From contig NW_002060963.1 of assembly GCF_000150275.1 (NCBI RefSeq), positions 777,262-841,261 of the forward strand: DNA of 64,000 nucleotides, read 5' to 3'. Positions 53,238 to 64,000 of the stretch are shown here, one piece after another. The translations under genes and the position numbers were made by a program. This DNA comes from Trichoplax adhaerens (Eukaryota > Animalia > Placozoa). How positions within the stretch are numbered: the first letter of the stretch is position 1; each line of letters begins with the position of its first letter. The notes under the pieces are model-generated. The model made no database searches, was not told where the DNA came from, and saw nothing but the letters and a program-made list of their open reading frames with translations.

Positions 53238-54304
53238 GTGTTACAGTGTTAAATACTGTATTACAGTAGAAATATCTATGTTAGGATAATTCTGTTAGAC
53301 TATCCTTACTTAGTTAATTGAAATTAATAGTTATAATAGGGAATGCAAATCATCTACTTATAATTCGAATCATTGTGATTGTAATTTACTTATGCTAGAT
53401 TGTAAATTATCATGGAGATGTTCCGTGATAGGACATATCGTAATCTGACTATTCTGTATTAGTCATTATATGTCTATGTTTGTAAATACTGTTGTCTGCA
53501 TTAAGGGAGCAGTAGCTATAATTAATATCTAATTCAGTAAATGATTCCGAGGTTAATTGTATTAACTATGACTCATGAACTATTGAGGAAGAGTATATAA
53601 ATGCAGTATATCGTGAAACAAAGAAAAATTCTCCAACTTAGAGTTTAACGTAAAATACGAGGCGTTTAAGTCTTTGTGTAGTCTGCTAGTAGAGCAAAAG
53701 TGTTTGTGATAGTGCAGATATCGTTCCTTGATACGTGGTTCAAGGAATTGACTTATTGATCGTATATTGCGTTATCTTGTTGCAAAGCTGCTTTGTGACA
53801 CTTAGACATAAATGAACCTAAAATTTCTTTAATAGTCGGTCAATTCATAGAAAATCTACATAAAAATTAATTATCAGTTCATAAATAATATTATAAAACT
53901 ATACAGTTTTCTATTGAAAATAGGTAAAAAGGTCATAGATAACTTGATTTGAATACATTCCTAGACAAAATATCCAATAGAATCTATGTTACGACAGCTG
54001 AGCAAAAGTTACTCCGCAACATTGTAGAAGTATATAAACTGTAGAGATTTAAAATAGTAATGCCATTACTAAGGCTGCTCTCTCGTTCTTTTGATATTGC
54101 ATGTATTATAACGAGACAATATAACTAATCCTATTATTGAAAATGTTTACCATGTTTCACATAAATAGCAAATCTTATCAGCATAAAAAAACTAATTACA
54201 AAAATAAGGAATCCATCCTTGTGCATTACTCATTTCATCGTGTATTGAATCGCACAAATAGCCTTTTGCTTTAAAGCTATTTCTCCAACTCTTTCAACAC
54301 ACTC

Positions 54305-55273
54305 ATGGCTACAAATCTCACGTCGAACGGTATACTGAATCAAACAATTGTTGATTATGATCTTTTATCTACTTATGTCTACATTGTATCTATTCCTGTA
54401 TTTTTTATCGGTATTCTAGCCAATTTCTTTTTGCTTTATTTGATTTCTAGCGATAGTCAATTCAATCGCATAACTTACAAGCTTATTCGTATCGCTGTTA
54501 TTTCTGATCTTATTTCACTACATGTTTCCTTTACCGTATTTGCTATAACAGCAGCGCTGAAAACGATAAAATATTATATGGCTACAGTAATGTGTCAAGT
54601 AGCGATTGTTATAACTTATTGCTGTTATGGAGTATCGATAACAACATTATGTATGATTAGCGTCGATCGATATTTCGCTATCGTTAGACCGTTTTCGTCT
54701 CTATATCGTAAATATAAAAAGCGAATCGCCTATCTTGGTCAAGCAATAGGTTGTATTATTTCTTTCAGTGTTTCAGGACCAAGTGTACTATTTTTTGGTG
54801 TCTATCCAGACAAGACAAAGATTTGTGGTGTGCCAAATATAAATATCTCTGTATCAATTTATTTTCTACTTGTAACTTTGTTCTTATTTATTATACCGTT
54901 ATTGATTATTATTATTAATTATGCTCTAATTATTCGTAGTCTAGTAAGACATGTTAGACCTGGGCAACTAGCTGAAAGTAGTAATGATGATAGATTGAAA
55001 AAGCGTAAATTCGTTCGTGTACTAATAACAATCACTAGCATTTATATACTTTCGACATGGCCATATTTTGCAAGTATCACTGGTATGGCGATAACGCGTA
55101 GATCAATTAGAGAAATTGGAAAACTCGGTATAGAAATTTATTTAATGTTCGTAGTTTCGTTTTTTTCTACATTTGCAGTTAATGTTATAAGTCCATTTGT
55201 CTATTTTAATTTCGATTACAATATTAAGAGGAAACTATTAACGACTATTGGACGTATAATGCATAAAGAATAA
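54305..55273 (+). CDS. Intronless class A GPCR (type A), 322 aa
   Basis: 7TM ORF with GILAN, ISD, VDRY, TWPY and SPFVY; closest to 48300. Confidence 0.93.
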   Translation: MATNLTSNGILNQTIVDYDLLSTYVYIVSIPVFFIGILANFFLLYLISSDSQFNRITYKLIRIAVISDLISLHVSFTVFAITAALKTIKYYMATVMCQVAIVITYCCYGVSITTLCMISVDRYFAIVRPFSSLYRKYKKRIAYLGQAIGCIISFSVSGPSVLFFGVYPDKTKICGVPNINISVSIYFLLVTLFLFIIPLLIIIINYALIIRSLVRHVRPGQLAESSNDDRLKKRKFVRVLITITSIYILSTWPYFASITGMAITRRSIREIGKLGIEIYLMFVVSFFSTFAVNVISPFVYFNFDYNIKRKLLTTIGRIMHKE

Positions 55274-57290
55274 TTGTCACGAGTATGTCTTTATAGTCAT
55301 TATGTCGAGCATAGCTGAATTATTACTGGTATTATTCGTTTCTTTTGCATAATATTCTAGACCGCGTTGTCAATAATTTAAAATTAAAATATCTTGTGGA
55401 TAGGCTGAACGGCTAGATATAGGCGCATCATTGATCTATATTAGAGCAGCTGTGTTCCATGTAATAATTCTGATATGAACGTATATCATAATTAGCAAGA
55501 TCTTTCATTTATCTTTCTTCTCATATATTCATAAATATAATAATATTAGCATGCTTTAAAATTTAAAAAACATTTGGACATAAAGCAATAGATTACTTAG
55601 AGCAAAGTTGCTATAAAAAATTTAAGGTATTTAAAAATGTTATTTGTGCTAACAGTCTGCAATAAACACGTAGAATGACAATCAATTAGTTGTAAAACAA
55701 CTTTGAACTTTTCTTTGCTGGCGTTTTGTTACATGCAAATGATTTCTGCTAATACAACATCAAGCAATAGTTATGATGATAATACTTTTGTAGTTTGAAA
55801 ATGAATAAGACATTTAATAACTTTAGTTAACAATGATATATAAATATCGATGAATTTAGATCGAATCAACTCTAGCCATTCTTCAACTTAATGTACGAAT
55901 GCATGGAATAAATTTATAACGAACAATTAATGAAGTACAAATAACACACTTTCTAATACTCAATTCTTATTATAAAAGAAATACTTTCTTAGATTGATTT
56001 CAATTATCTATCAACTTGAATTATAGTTGATATTGTTCCTGTTTTGTAACAATATGAAATTGAAATATCTGTTTAAACGTTCATTGTACTACTGCGGTAA
56101 CATTTTCGATATTTATAGTCCTAAATTTTTCACACTATCAAGGAAGAAATTTTCATTATATGCCCGAACAAGATTCGTTAGGAGCTCGCTCCAGTCATAA
56201 GTATGATACTTTTCTTTATGAATTCCGCATAGAAATTTTCGTTACTCTTCCACTCTACTCAATGTTAAATCATATGAGCGATCAATATAAATGTGTATTC
56301 TCTTTGTTACAGTGATAATCGTTAGAGATTATGCGTAACATCTTTAAAACACAATCAGCCTGAAAGCTACAATCCTTAAAAATGGTAGCATATAAACGGT
56401 ATCTCTCTATCAAGTATAGTAATGTTTAATTACCTATAGATAGCAGATTCAATCTCTACCATTTCTTAAATATGATATTTAAATATAAATATGATGATGT
56501 AAGCCATTTTTTTGCAATCTGGCTATACGAACGTTGTTGAATACTAACCATATTCGATTGCTACTTATAAAGAAAATCGACTATGTTACGTATTGACTTT
56601 GGTTTCTAGCTGCCATAAAGTCCTGCAAATGGGACTATTCACGTGTACATTTTCGTATATGTATCTGTGCTACGAATGAAAATTATATAACTAAAATCTA
56701 TCGGTTTTAAATTAATCACGGAAAATTTAACATAAAGCTAATAGATCGATATAGTCTTCACTAACATAGCATTTTATGTAGTGATAGATGAGCCAGCATA
56801 ATGTATTATTAAGCGTGGATGATGAAAATATAGTTTATAACAATATTTTTGATTTCAGAATAAATACGCCTATAAAAAGAACCTGTAATACGGCTGTTAA
56901 TCAGTATCGATGTCTTAATTATAGTTGTTAAATTACCACGATACCTAAAAATTGAGCGAGATAGATTAGTTATGAATGAATAATAGCCTTCCGCATATGA
57001 AACTATAGCAGCTAGATAAATTTAAAATATTTATGTTATTACGTATTATGGCTACACTTTCTTTCTTCGATACCATCTATATTATGTGCGAGAAATATAG
57101 CAAATCCTGTTACAGAATTGTTATCTACTCCATATATATACTACTAATCTGATCAGCATAATATTTATAAGAATACACAATCAGTCCAGCGGCGCTACTT
57201 TACTTGTTTTGAATCTTATTAGTACTAATCACCTTGCATTTTAAAATTACAGCATTTTAAGATTATTGCACTGTCTCTTCTAGTACTCCC

Positions 57291-58259
57291 ATGGCTACCA
57301 ATCTAGCGTTTAATAGTTCATTAAATCAAACAGTTACTGATTACAATCTTCTTAATAGCTATGCATATGCTACAGCTATTCCTATATCCTGTATCGGTAT
57401 TCTAGCCAATTTCTTCTTACTTTATTTGATTTCCAGTGATAACCATTTCAATCATATAACCTATAAATTTATTCGTATCGCCGTTATTTCGGATCTTACT
57501 TCCTTAAATTTTTCCCTTATCGTATTAACCACGTTGATATTAATAGAAACCGTCGATTATCATATTGCCAACGCACTATGCCAAAGCACGATAGCTATTA
57601 CTTATTGCTGCTATGGAGTATCGATGACAACATTATGTATGATTAGCGTCGATCGATATTTTACTGTTGTAAAACCGTTTTCATTGCTTTATCGTAAACA
57701 TAAAAAGCGAATTATTTATCTTGGTCAAGCTATAGGCTGCTTAATTTCTCTCAGTATCTCAGGACCGTGTGTACTATTTCTTGGTCTTTATCCAGATGAA
57801 ACAAAGGTTTGTGATTTACCCCATGTAAATCTTTCTACATCAATCTATCTTTATTTTTTGACTCTGTTCTTGTTTATTATACCATTATCGATTATTGTTA
57901 TAAACTACTTTCGAATTATTCGCTTTCGAGTAAATTATATTCGACCTGGACAGCAAGCTGACAATCTTTCTAATGATAGATTGAGAAGGAATAAATTTAC
58001 TCGCGTACTCGTAACGATAGCGAGTATTTATATACTCTCGACATGGCCATTTTTTGTCAATATTATTGGTATGGCTATCACGTTTAAGTCAAGAAGAGAA
58101 ATAAGAAAACTAGGAACAGGAATTTATTTAATGTCATTGGTATCGTTTTTTTCTACTTTTGCGGTTAATGTCATTAGTCCTTTTGTCTACTTCAAATTTG
58201 ATCATAATATTAACAAGAAATTTATTTCCATTATTCGACTTATTTTACATAAAAAGTAG
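57291..58259 (+). CDS. Intronless class A GPCR (type B), 322 aa
   Basis: 7TM ORF with GILAN, ISD, VDRY, TWPF and SPFVY; closest to 44136. Confidence 0.93.
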   Translation: MATNLAFNSSLNQTVTDYNLLNSYAYATAIPISCIGILANFFLLYLISSDNHFNHITYKFIRIAVISDLTSLNFSLIVLTTLILIETVDYHIANALCQSTIAITYCCYGVSMTTLCMISVDRYFTVVKPFSLLYRKHKKRIIYLGQAIGCLISLSISGPCVLFLGLYPDETKVCDLPHVNLSTSIYLYFLTLFLFIIPLSIIVINYFRIIRFRVNYIRPGQQADNLSNDRLRRNKFTRVLVTIASIYILSTWPFFVNIIGMAITFKSRREIRKLGTGIYLMSLVSFFSTFAVNVISPFVYFKFDHNINKKFISIIRLILHKK

Positions 58260-58910
58260 TTATTATTATTGGTTTTTATGGTAGCTGTCAATTTTGTGGA
58301 CCACAGTAGAATTTTCTTTCTCTTTAAATTTGCATCATATTCTAATTAGAGTTATCAATAACTTAAATGAAAGTATTTATGATTAAAGATTGATGGCATT
58401 TAAACTGTTTGCTTACATTTATATTGATGTTTTTTCAATGCAAATAAGTTATATACCAATATTTATTAATGCACCTCTCTTGGCTTATATGATATTTGAT
58501 AGCTTAAACTGCTAAAAGTAGGTATTTCATGATTAGTAATTAAGAAACTCTACTTAATGATTTCAATCCACAAAGGGGCACATGTTAATAACCTTTGCTA
58601 TCTGTCCGTAATATTTATCAACAAAAATATAAACACGCTTGAAAATTATTAGACATTTGAGGTCAAAGATACGGTTGCTTTAAGGTCAGGTTGCCATAAA
58701 AATTAAAGATGCTTCAAGAAGTTATTTTTGCCCATCTTCTAGAATAGATTCAATAAATTATCGATAGCTGACACTAAAGCACTCCTTCAGTATCGTAACA
58801 TTCAAATATATATCACTAAAATTATCGGCCATAATTACGTAATTCTATTACGATAATTAATATCCACATTTCCGTTACTATATTGCCTCTTATGTGTACT
58901 AATATACTTC

Positions 58911-59347
58911 TGTCACAAACCAGCTTCGTGACAAGGATAACGTAAAATAAATCTCTAAATCTCTAAAAATCTGCGGATTCAGTATCCCTACTCATACGAA
59001 TTTAGACGCCTTTGATTCTACGTTAAACTCAACTAGACAATTGAGAACTACTTTATTCAGCTATCTCACGGGCTTATATGCCCTTCTACAGCAGCTAACA
59101 TTCAAGAGTCATCTTATAAAAATACTTAGGTGAGAACATCTACTAACTAATTTTTCACAGTTGGACTACAACATGCCTATTTCACAGAATCATTTCAGTG
59201 CACAATACAGCACAGCATTAAATTTACTATAACACATTTATAATTAGAGTAATTCCTATTGTAAGTAACTAGTTGTAATATATTACCACTATATTATATT
59301 CACCAAATTTAGATAGCTATTTCTTTACGGTGGTTCGTACCGTGACA
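58911..59347 (-). mobile_element. Probable solo LTR, 437 bp
   Basis: Perfect TGTCAC...GTGACA ends; minus-strand CATATAAG then AATAAA (~59052-59080); flanks acttc/gcctc (imperfect TSD, two transitions). Confidence 0.65.
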
Positions 59348-60339
59348 GCCTCTGATTACATTAATTAGTTACTACATTTGTCAAGAAAATTATAAATAAT
59401 TCACTTTGAATGACGATAATTTGGTTATTTTAAATTATTTATGCATATGCTCTTTTATTATATTTCGAATGATTCTATTAGCAGTTCTGAAGCATCGATC
59501 GGGTTTTCTTCTTTACGTTACATGTGAATGTCAGAGTGCATACTACTGTACCTTGAAAAATAAATAGCAAAATGCGGTGAACTTCATATTCTATTAAGGT
59601 GATTACAATAAAGTACTTACAAAAGGAATCACCATGGTTATAATGCAGTACAGTAAATTGTATGTAATATTGTAATCAGAATTCTTATAAAGTAATTGAG
59701 GTTAATATATTACTGCACGACCCCTTGTGATTGTAATTCTGATTGATAGCTGATTATAGGTTGCAATATTGATGCTTATAGAAATGGATATACTGTAGTC
59801 CAATTTACCAGAAGTAGACAGTAGATGTCCATAATTTTAAATATCATTATATTAATTTGTTTATTGAGTCAGAGTGAACTGTTAGCAAGTTAAGATAAAT
59901 CGCCAAAGTTAGCTGTTATCGAGTAGTGTATAGAGCATATAAATTTGGAAGATTACTGAACAAAATCAATTCTCTGCTGTTAGATTGTAAAAGCAAAGGC
60001 CTCTAAGTTCCTGTAAGGAGTTACGGGGATGTTCGATCCCGTAAACTTTAGAAACTCAAAAAATGTTTCTACGTGATCATTATCACGAAACTAGTTCAAT
60101 AATAGTAAATGACTGTCACTAATAAATTAATTGCAGAGAACGGAAGTTAGCTGTTGTATTTTACAAATGGCGATTCGATTATATTATTATTTTTAATTGC
60201 TAAATGGGGAGGGGAAATGGCGATGAAAGGTCAATTATTGTTTTCATGATGAAATTTGTCAAAATGGATGTTATTTACATTTTATGTAGATTTTGTTAGG
60301 TTTCAGCATTCTATAAAGAATTCTATGCCATTGGTTAGT

Positions 60340-61012
60340 TGAAACTGTAAGAACTGTTTTTTGAAGACATTGTTGCAGAAATAAATCTAGAAGATGGTAG
60401 AAAGGAGCTAAAAATCTAAATTAGAAAAAATGAAAACCACTACAGAAACTAAAGCACTACGATTCTACTGTCAGGTTTATCCTCCCAACATTTACCTAGA
60501 GTACGACTCTAAGTACTGACAATCTTCTATCTTCAAAGAAACAGTACTACTAGTATCTTTTAGACAATACTGACCCAAACTATATTAAAAAACTAGTCAA
60601 TTTATAGTAAATCTACATAAACATTAACTATAAGTACTATAAATCTATGCACTTAACTATTAAAAACATGTAAAACGTCATTTATGAATTAATATCAACA
60701 TATTCCTAGATGAGTAACCTTAAGAAAACTAGACAACAGCAGCTATGCAAAAAGTAACTTCGTAATATGATAATAATTGGATGCTTAGGATCACTAGCAG
60801 CTCCATGAAGCTTCTAAATGGTGCTATTAGCTGAAGACATTATTGCTAAAATAATTGTAGAAGATGATAACTGATAATGCCGAGACGTTCACAACCATCA
60901 GTAGCGCCATGAAGCTTCTAAACAGTGGTTTTATTTGAAAACATTATTGCTGAAATAAATCTAGAAGACAATAGGCTAATACCAAGATGCTCAAAACCAT
61001 CAGCAGCTCCAC
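60340..61012. repeat. Degenerate ~105-bp tandem repeat (about 3 units) split by an insertion
   Basis: gaagacattgttgcagaaataaatctagaaga-like motif at ~60363, ~60833 and ~60937; ccatgaagcttctaaa at ~60803 and ~60907. Confidence 0.6.
60400..60735 (-). mobile_element. Degenerate LTR-like insertion (20776/53069 family)
   Basis: 60462-60522 resembles 53131-53192; 60702-60735 resembles the reverse complement of 20776-20811; interrupts a ~105-bp tandem repeat. Confidence 0.4.
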
Positions 61013-63788
61013 GGAACGACACAACCAATCCAAACATACGGTAGTAGTAGTCTTTTAGGAGTTTGTAATTTAATTCGTATCTTTCCACTTTTCGATTTAC
61101 ATTTGAGTTTTTTCAGTAGCTCTACTGTTTGAGGAAGCTAATAAATCACAAGTTTTCTATCAATTACTTCTGTGGTGAAGTATTACAAGACAGCAGCTAG
61201 ACGAGACAGATATTGTTCACTGTAGTTTAATGGATTTTTAATAAAGAGTACAGGTTCCCTCTCTAATCCTAGTTTGGTCAACTTCTATGAAAGAGATACT
61301 CAAATTTTACAGTGTGGATATCGTAAATTCAAATCAACTCGGCCCTAGCCTTAGCTTATAACTTGATACACCATACTGTAGAATATATTATGAAGTAACG
61401 ATTGATAAAATAGCAGTAGCATTTTTTCTAATATTCAATTCGTATCATAAGAAATTTACTCTTATATGAAATTTAATAAGCCAATCATTGTAATCGTATA
61501 GTATTTACCTAAATGATGTTCGAGCAGCGAAACACATGTTGGATTTTGACATAAGATTACATCAAATTAAATATTGAAGGTTTAAGATAATCAAAAGTAA
61601 TTTAATTAGCACATTTGGCCATAATATCAACATAGAAGGTGCCTATTTATTCTCTACCAATTACATATCCAGCGTACTAAAACGGAGCTGATATGATTTT
61701 AATCAAATAAATCCTCTGTGTGCATAACTAGGTAAGATACCGTTCAAGTTTATTAGCAAATTATAAGAACAGATTTCGTGAAGTAAGAAAAGAAATGCAG
61801 TATCAGGTTGTACAGTACTATATTTCGCTTATTAATGTCTTTTGCAATAACATAATGGAAAGAAATATTCCACTGCCCTATAGTTCATTAAACAATATCT
61901 CTTAATAGCCAACATAATAGTTAAAAATAAAAAATTTGCAACCGCTAAGAAACATCAACGGTACCCAAAGGCAAGTTAATTCCAAATATTCTGCTACTCC
62001 ATTCTATCTATATGTCACAGCTCAGTAGTTAAAACAAGAAAAACACAAGTTAATTTAAGACACAAAGTCGTTAACAACAGTTATCTTTATTTCAAGAAAA
62101 ACTATGGTTTAATAGAAACTGTCTATGTTTAACATGTTATTATAGCTATCTCTATCTCTTCATGTAGTGTTTATCACCCTAGTAAACAAATAAATAGAAT
62201 TTCCTACATTTTCTCACTTTTTCCAAGACTCTTATCTAGAATAACTTTTGGCGACTATAACATTAAATATGCAATCTATGATTATAATATCAAAATATTC
62301 TAAAAACAGTTTTACTAAATTTAGTATTAATAAGGTATCAGTATATCACCTAATGATAAGGATCTTCTAGAAACATAAATGTATTATTCTAAGACCTATT
62401 TTTTTACTTAAGTATATTTATACTTTACAATACTAACGGTATTGCAACACTATTACTGCCATAGAATCTTAGTATACTATTTCAATAAGGCAGACCTAAG
62501 GTTTAAAAATTTACAGTAACTACCCTCATATTTATAGTAGTTCGTGAATTTAACTCTTCAAGGTAAGTCAATCGGGTAGGACAGATATTCTACAACTTAG
62601 TAAATGATCTCTATGTACTTATAATTGCTAGTTTTCGGATTTTAACTAGCTCTATGAGGTTTTGATTTATATATCATACATCGCCATTGACTATTGAACA
62701 TTTAATGTAGTAAATGTACAGAAAATGGATACGTACTGTAATTATGAATATACTGACTACTCTAGTACTTAGATGATCAGAGCCCTTTAGCTAGAGGTTA
62801 GTTAAGATGTGGATACTTCTGTTTGGATATTTCAACGCAACGTCTCGTAGTAAGTATGCTGTATATTAAATTATGTTCTTTCTCCTTGTTTACTTGCTAA
62901 CTTTATAATAGAGTATAACTATTAATATTTAGTAAAATGTTCTAGTTTGTACAATAAGCCATCTTATTTACTGCTTTCAGGAGCTAACTAAATGCGAGTT
63001 ATTGAGATTTTAAGATATAGAAAGACAGGTAAAACACATGCTTGCTGAACAGCTGGTCATTTTGCTTTGTCTCAATAAATTGCTATCGTCTTATTGTGTC
63101 TTAAATAAGGTATTTTAAAATATAGCATATGATAATCTGTATGATTGCTTACATAACGTAGATATAATAAAAAAGTTCTGATGTATAATTTTATTAATTC
63201 TATTTATAAAATAATATGACTACCATAATGAATAAAGATAAGATGAAAGAAAAAGTGTTTTATTAGAAATTTAGATAGCAGCAAATCTTACGATGCTATT
63301 ATACAGGATTAACAACAACTAAAGTAGAAAAAGCAAACGATACAAGAACAATTATTCTATTTAATACGATTTTTATATTGTTATAGGGCAATTTGAACAA
63401 ACTATATAATTAAAAATCTCGTATAATAGTCTACGTCTTTAATTGGATAGTTAATAGATAAAGGAAGATAGGTTAATATATTTTAATATATTGGTTGTCA
63501 ATTTGTAAAACCCTGTACCGATATACCCATCCGTTTTCGTAATACTTTAAATCTATCATAACAATAAATAATAAAATAAATTAAACTTATTTTTACATGC
63601 CATGTTGGTGAATGCTTTAGGATAAGCAAACAATGTAATTAACTTCTGTTCCGTTGCACTGTTATTTTATCATTTATTGTTCTGTTTTGATAACACTATT
63701 GGATAATTAATGCTGTCAATTAAGCTATTTCGGATGATATAACTATTAGTCTTACCATAATTTCGTCAATTTTTTATTTTAGCTAGAC

Positions 63789-64000
63789 ATGATAATGGCT
63801 AATCATTCTGAATTCGAGAATTTCACGCAAGATAGCAACGCCATCAACTATAATTTAATGTTTACTTATTCCTATATTGCGGCCATTCCTATCTTTATAG
63901 TTGGCTTTATTGCCAATTGTATTTTGCTTTACCTGATCAATACCGATAAATATTTTCGTAAAATGACCTACCATCTTATACGTATAGCGATTATTTCTGA
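63789..64000 (+). CDS. Class A GPCR, 5' part (runs off window), 37409-like
   Basis: Open frame MIMANHSEFENFTQDSNAINYNLMFTYSYIAAIPIFIVGFIANCILLYLINTDKYFRKMTYHLIRIAIIS, homologous to TM1-TM2 of 37409. Confidence 0.88.
   Translation, partial: MIMANHSEFENFTQDSNAINYNLMFTYSYIAAIPIFIVGFIANCILLYLINTDKYFRKMTYHLIRIAIIS

Noticed and set aside
60019-60046. Hairpin containing the B-box-like GTTCGATCCC (tRNA or SINE?)
   Set aside because: No cloverleaf or A-box, and no second copy in the window.

Overview
AT-rich, intron-dense eukaryotic (animal) DNA. The compact introns and intronless rhodopsin-like GPCR array suggest a placozoan (Trichoplax-like) genome; this is an inference. The left 30 kb holds conserved spliced genes: RAB3GAP2 (-, runs off the left edge), divergently paired XRCC3 (+), STYX pseudophosphatase (-) and two tandem gamma-butyrobetaine-dioxygenase-like (HMD-motif, Aim17-like) paralogs (+). 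Tandem repeat arrays of ~173 bp and 129 bp lie between these genes. The right 33 kb is a same-strand array of intronless class A GPCRs: 5 intact, 1 cut by the window edge and at least 4 pseudogenes. Its core is a triplicated A-B-C cassette with a chimeric copy and an inverted, scrambled promoter segment. From 20.7 to 60.7 kb there are ~10 solo LTRs or LTR fragments from several families (four with perfect 5-bp TSDs) and no gag-pol sequence. There is also a 31-bp CACTA/En-Spm-like TIR-only remnant. Exon boundaries were read by eye and internal ones are approximate.
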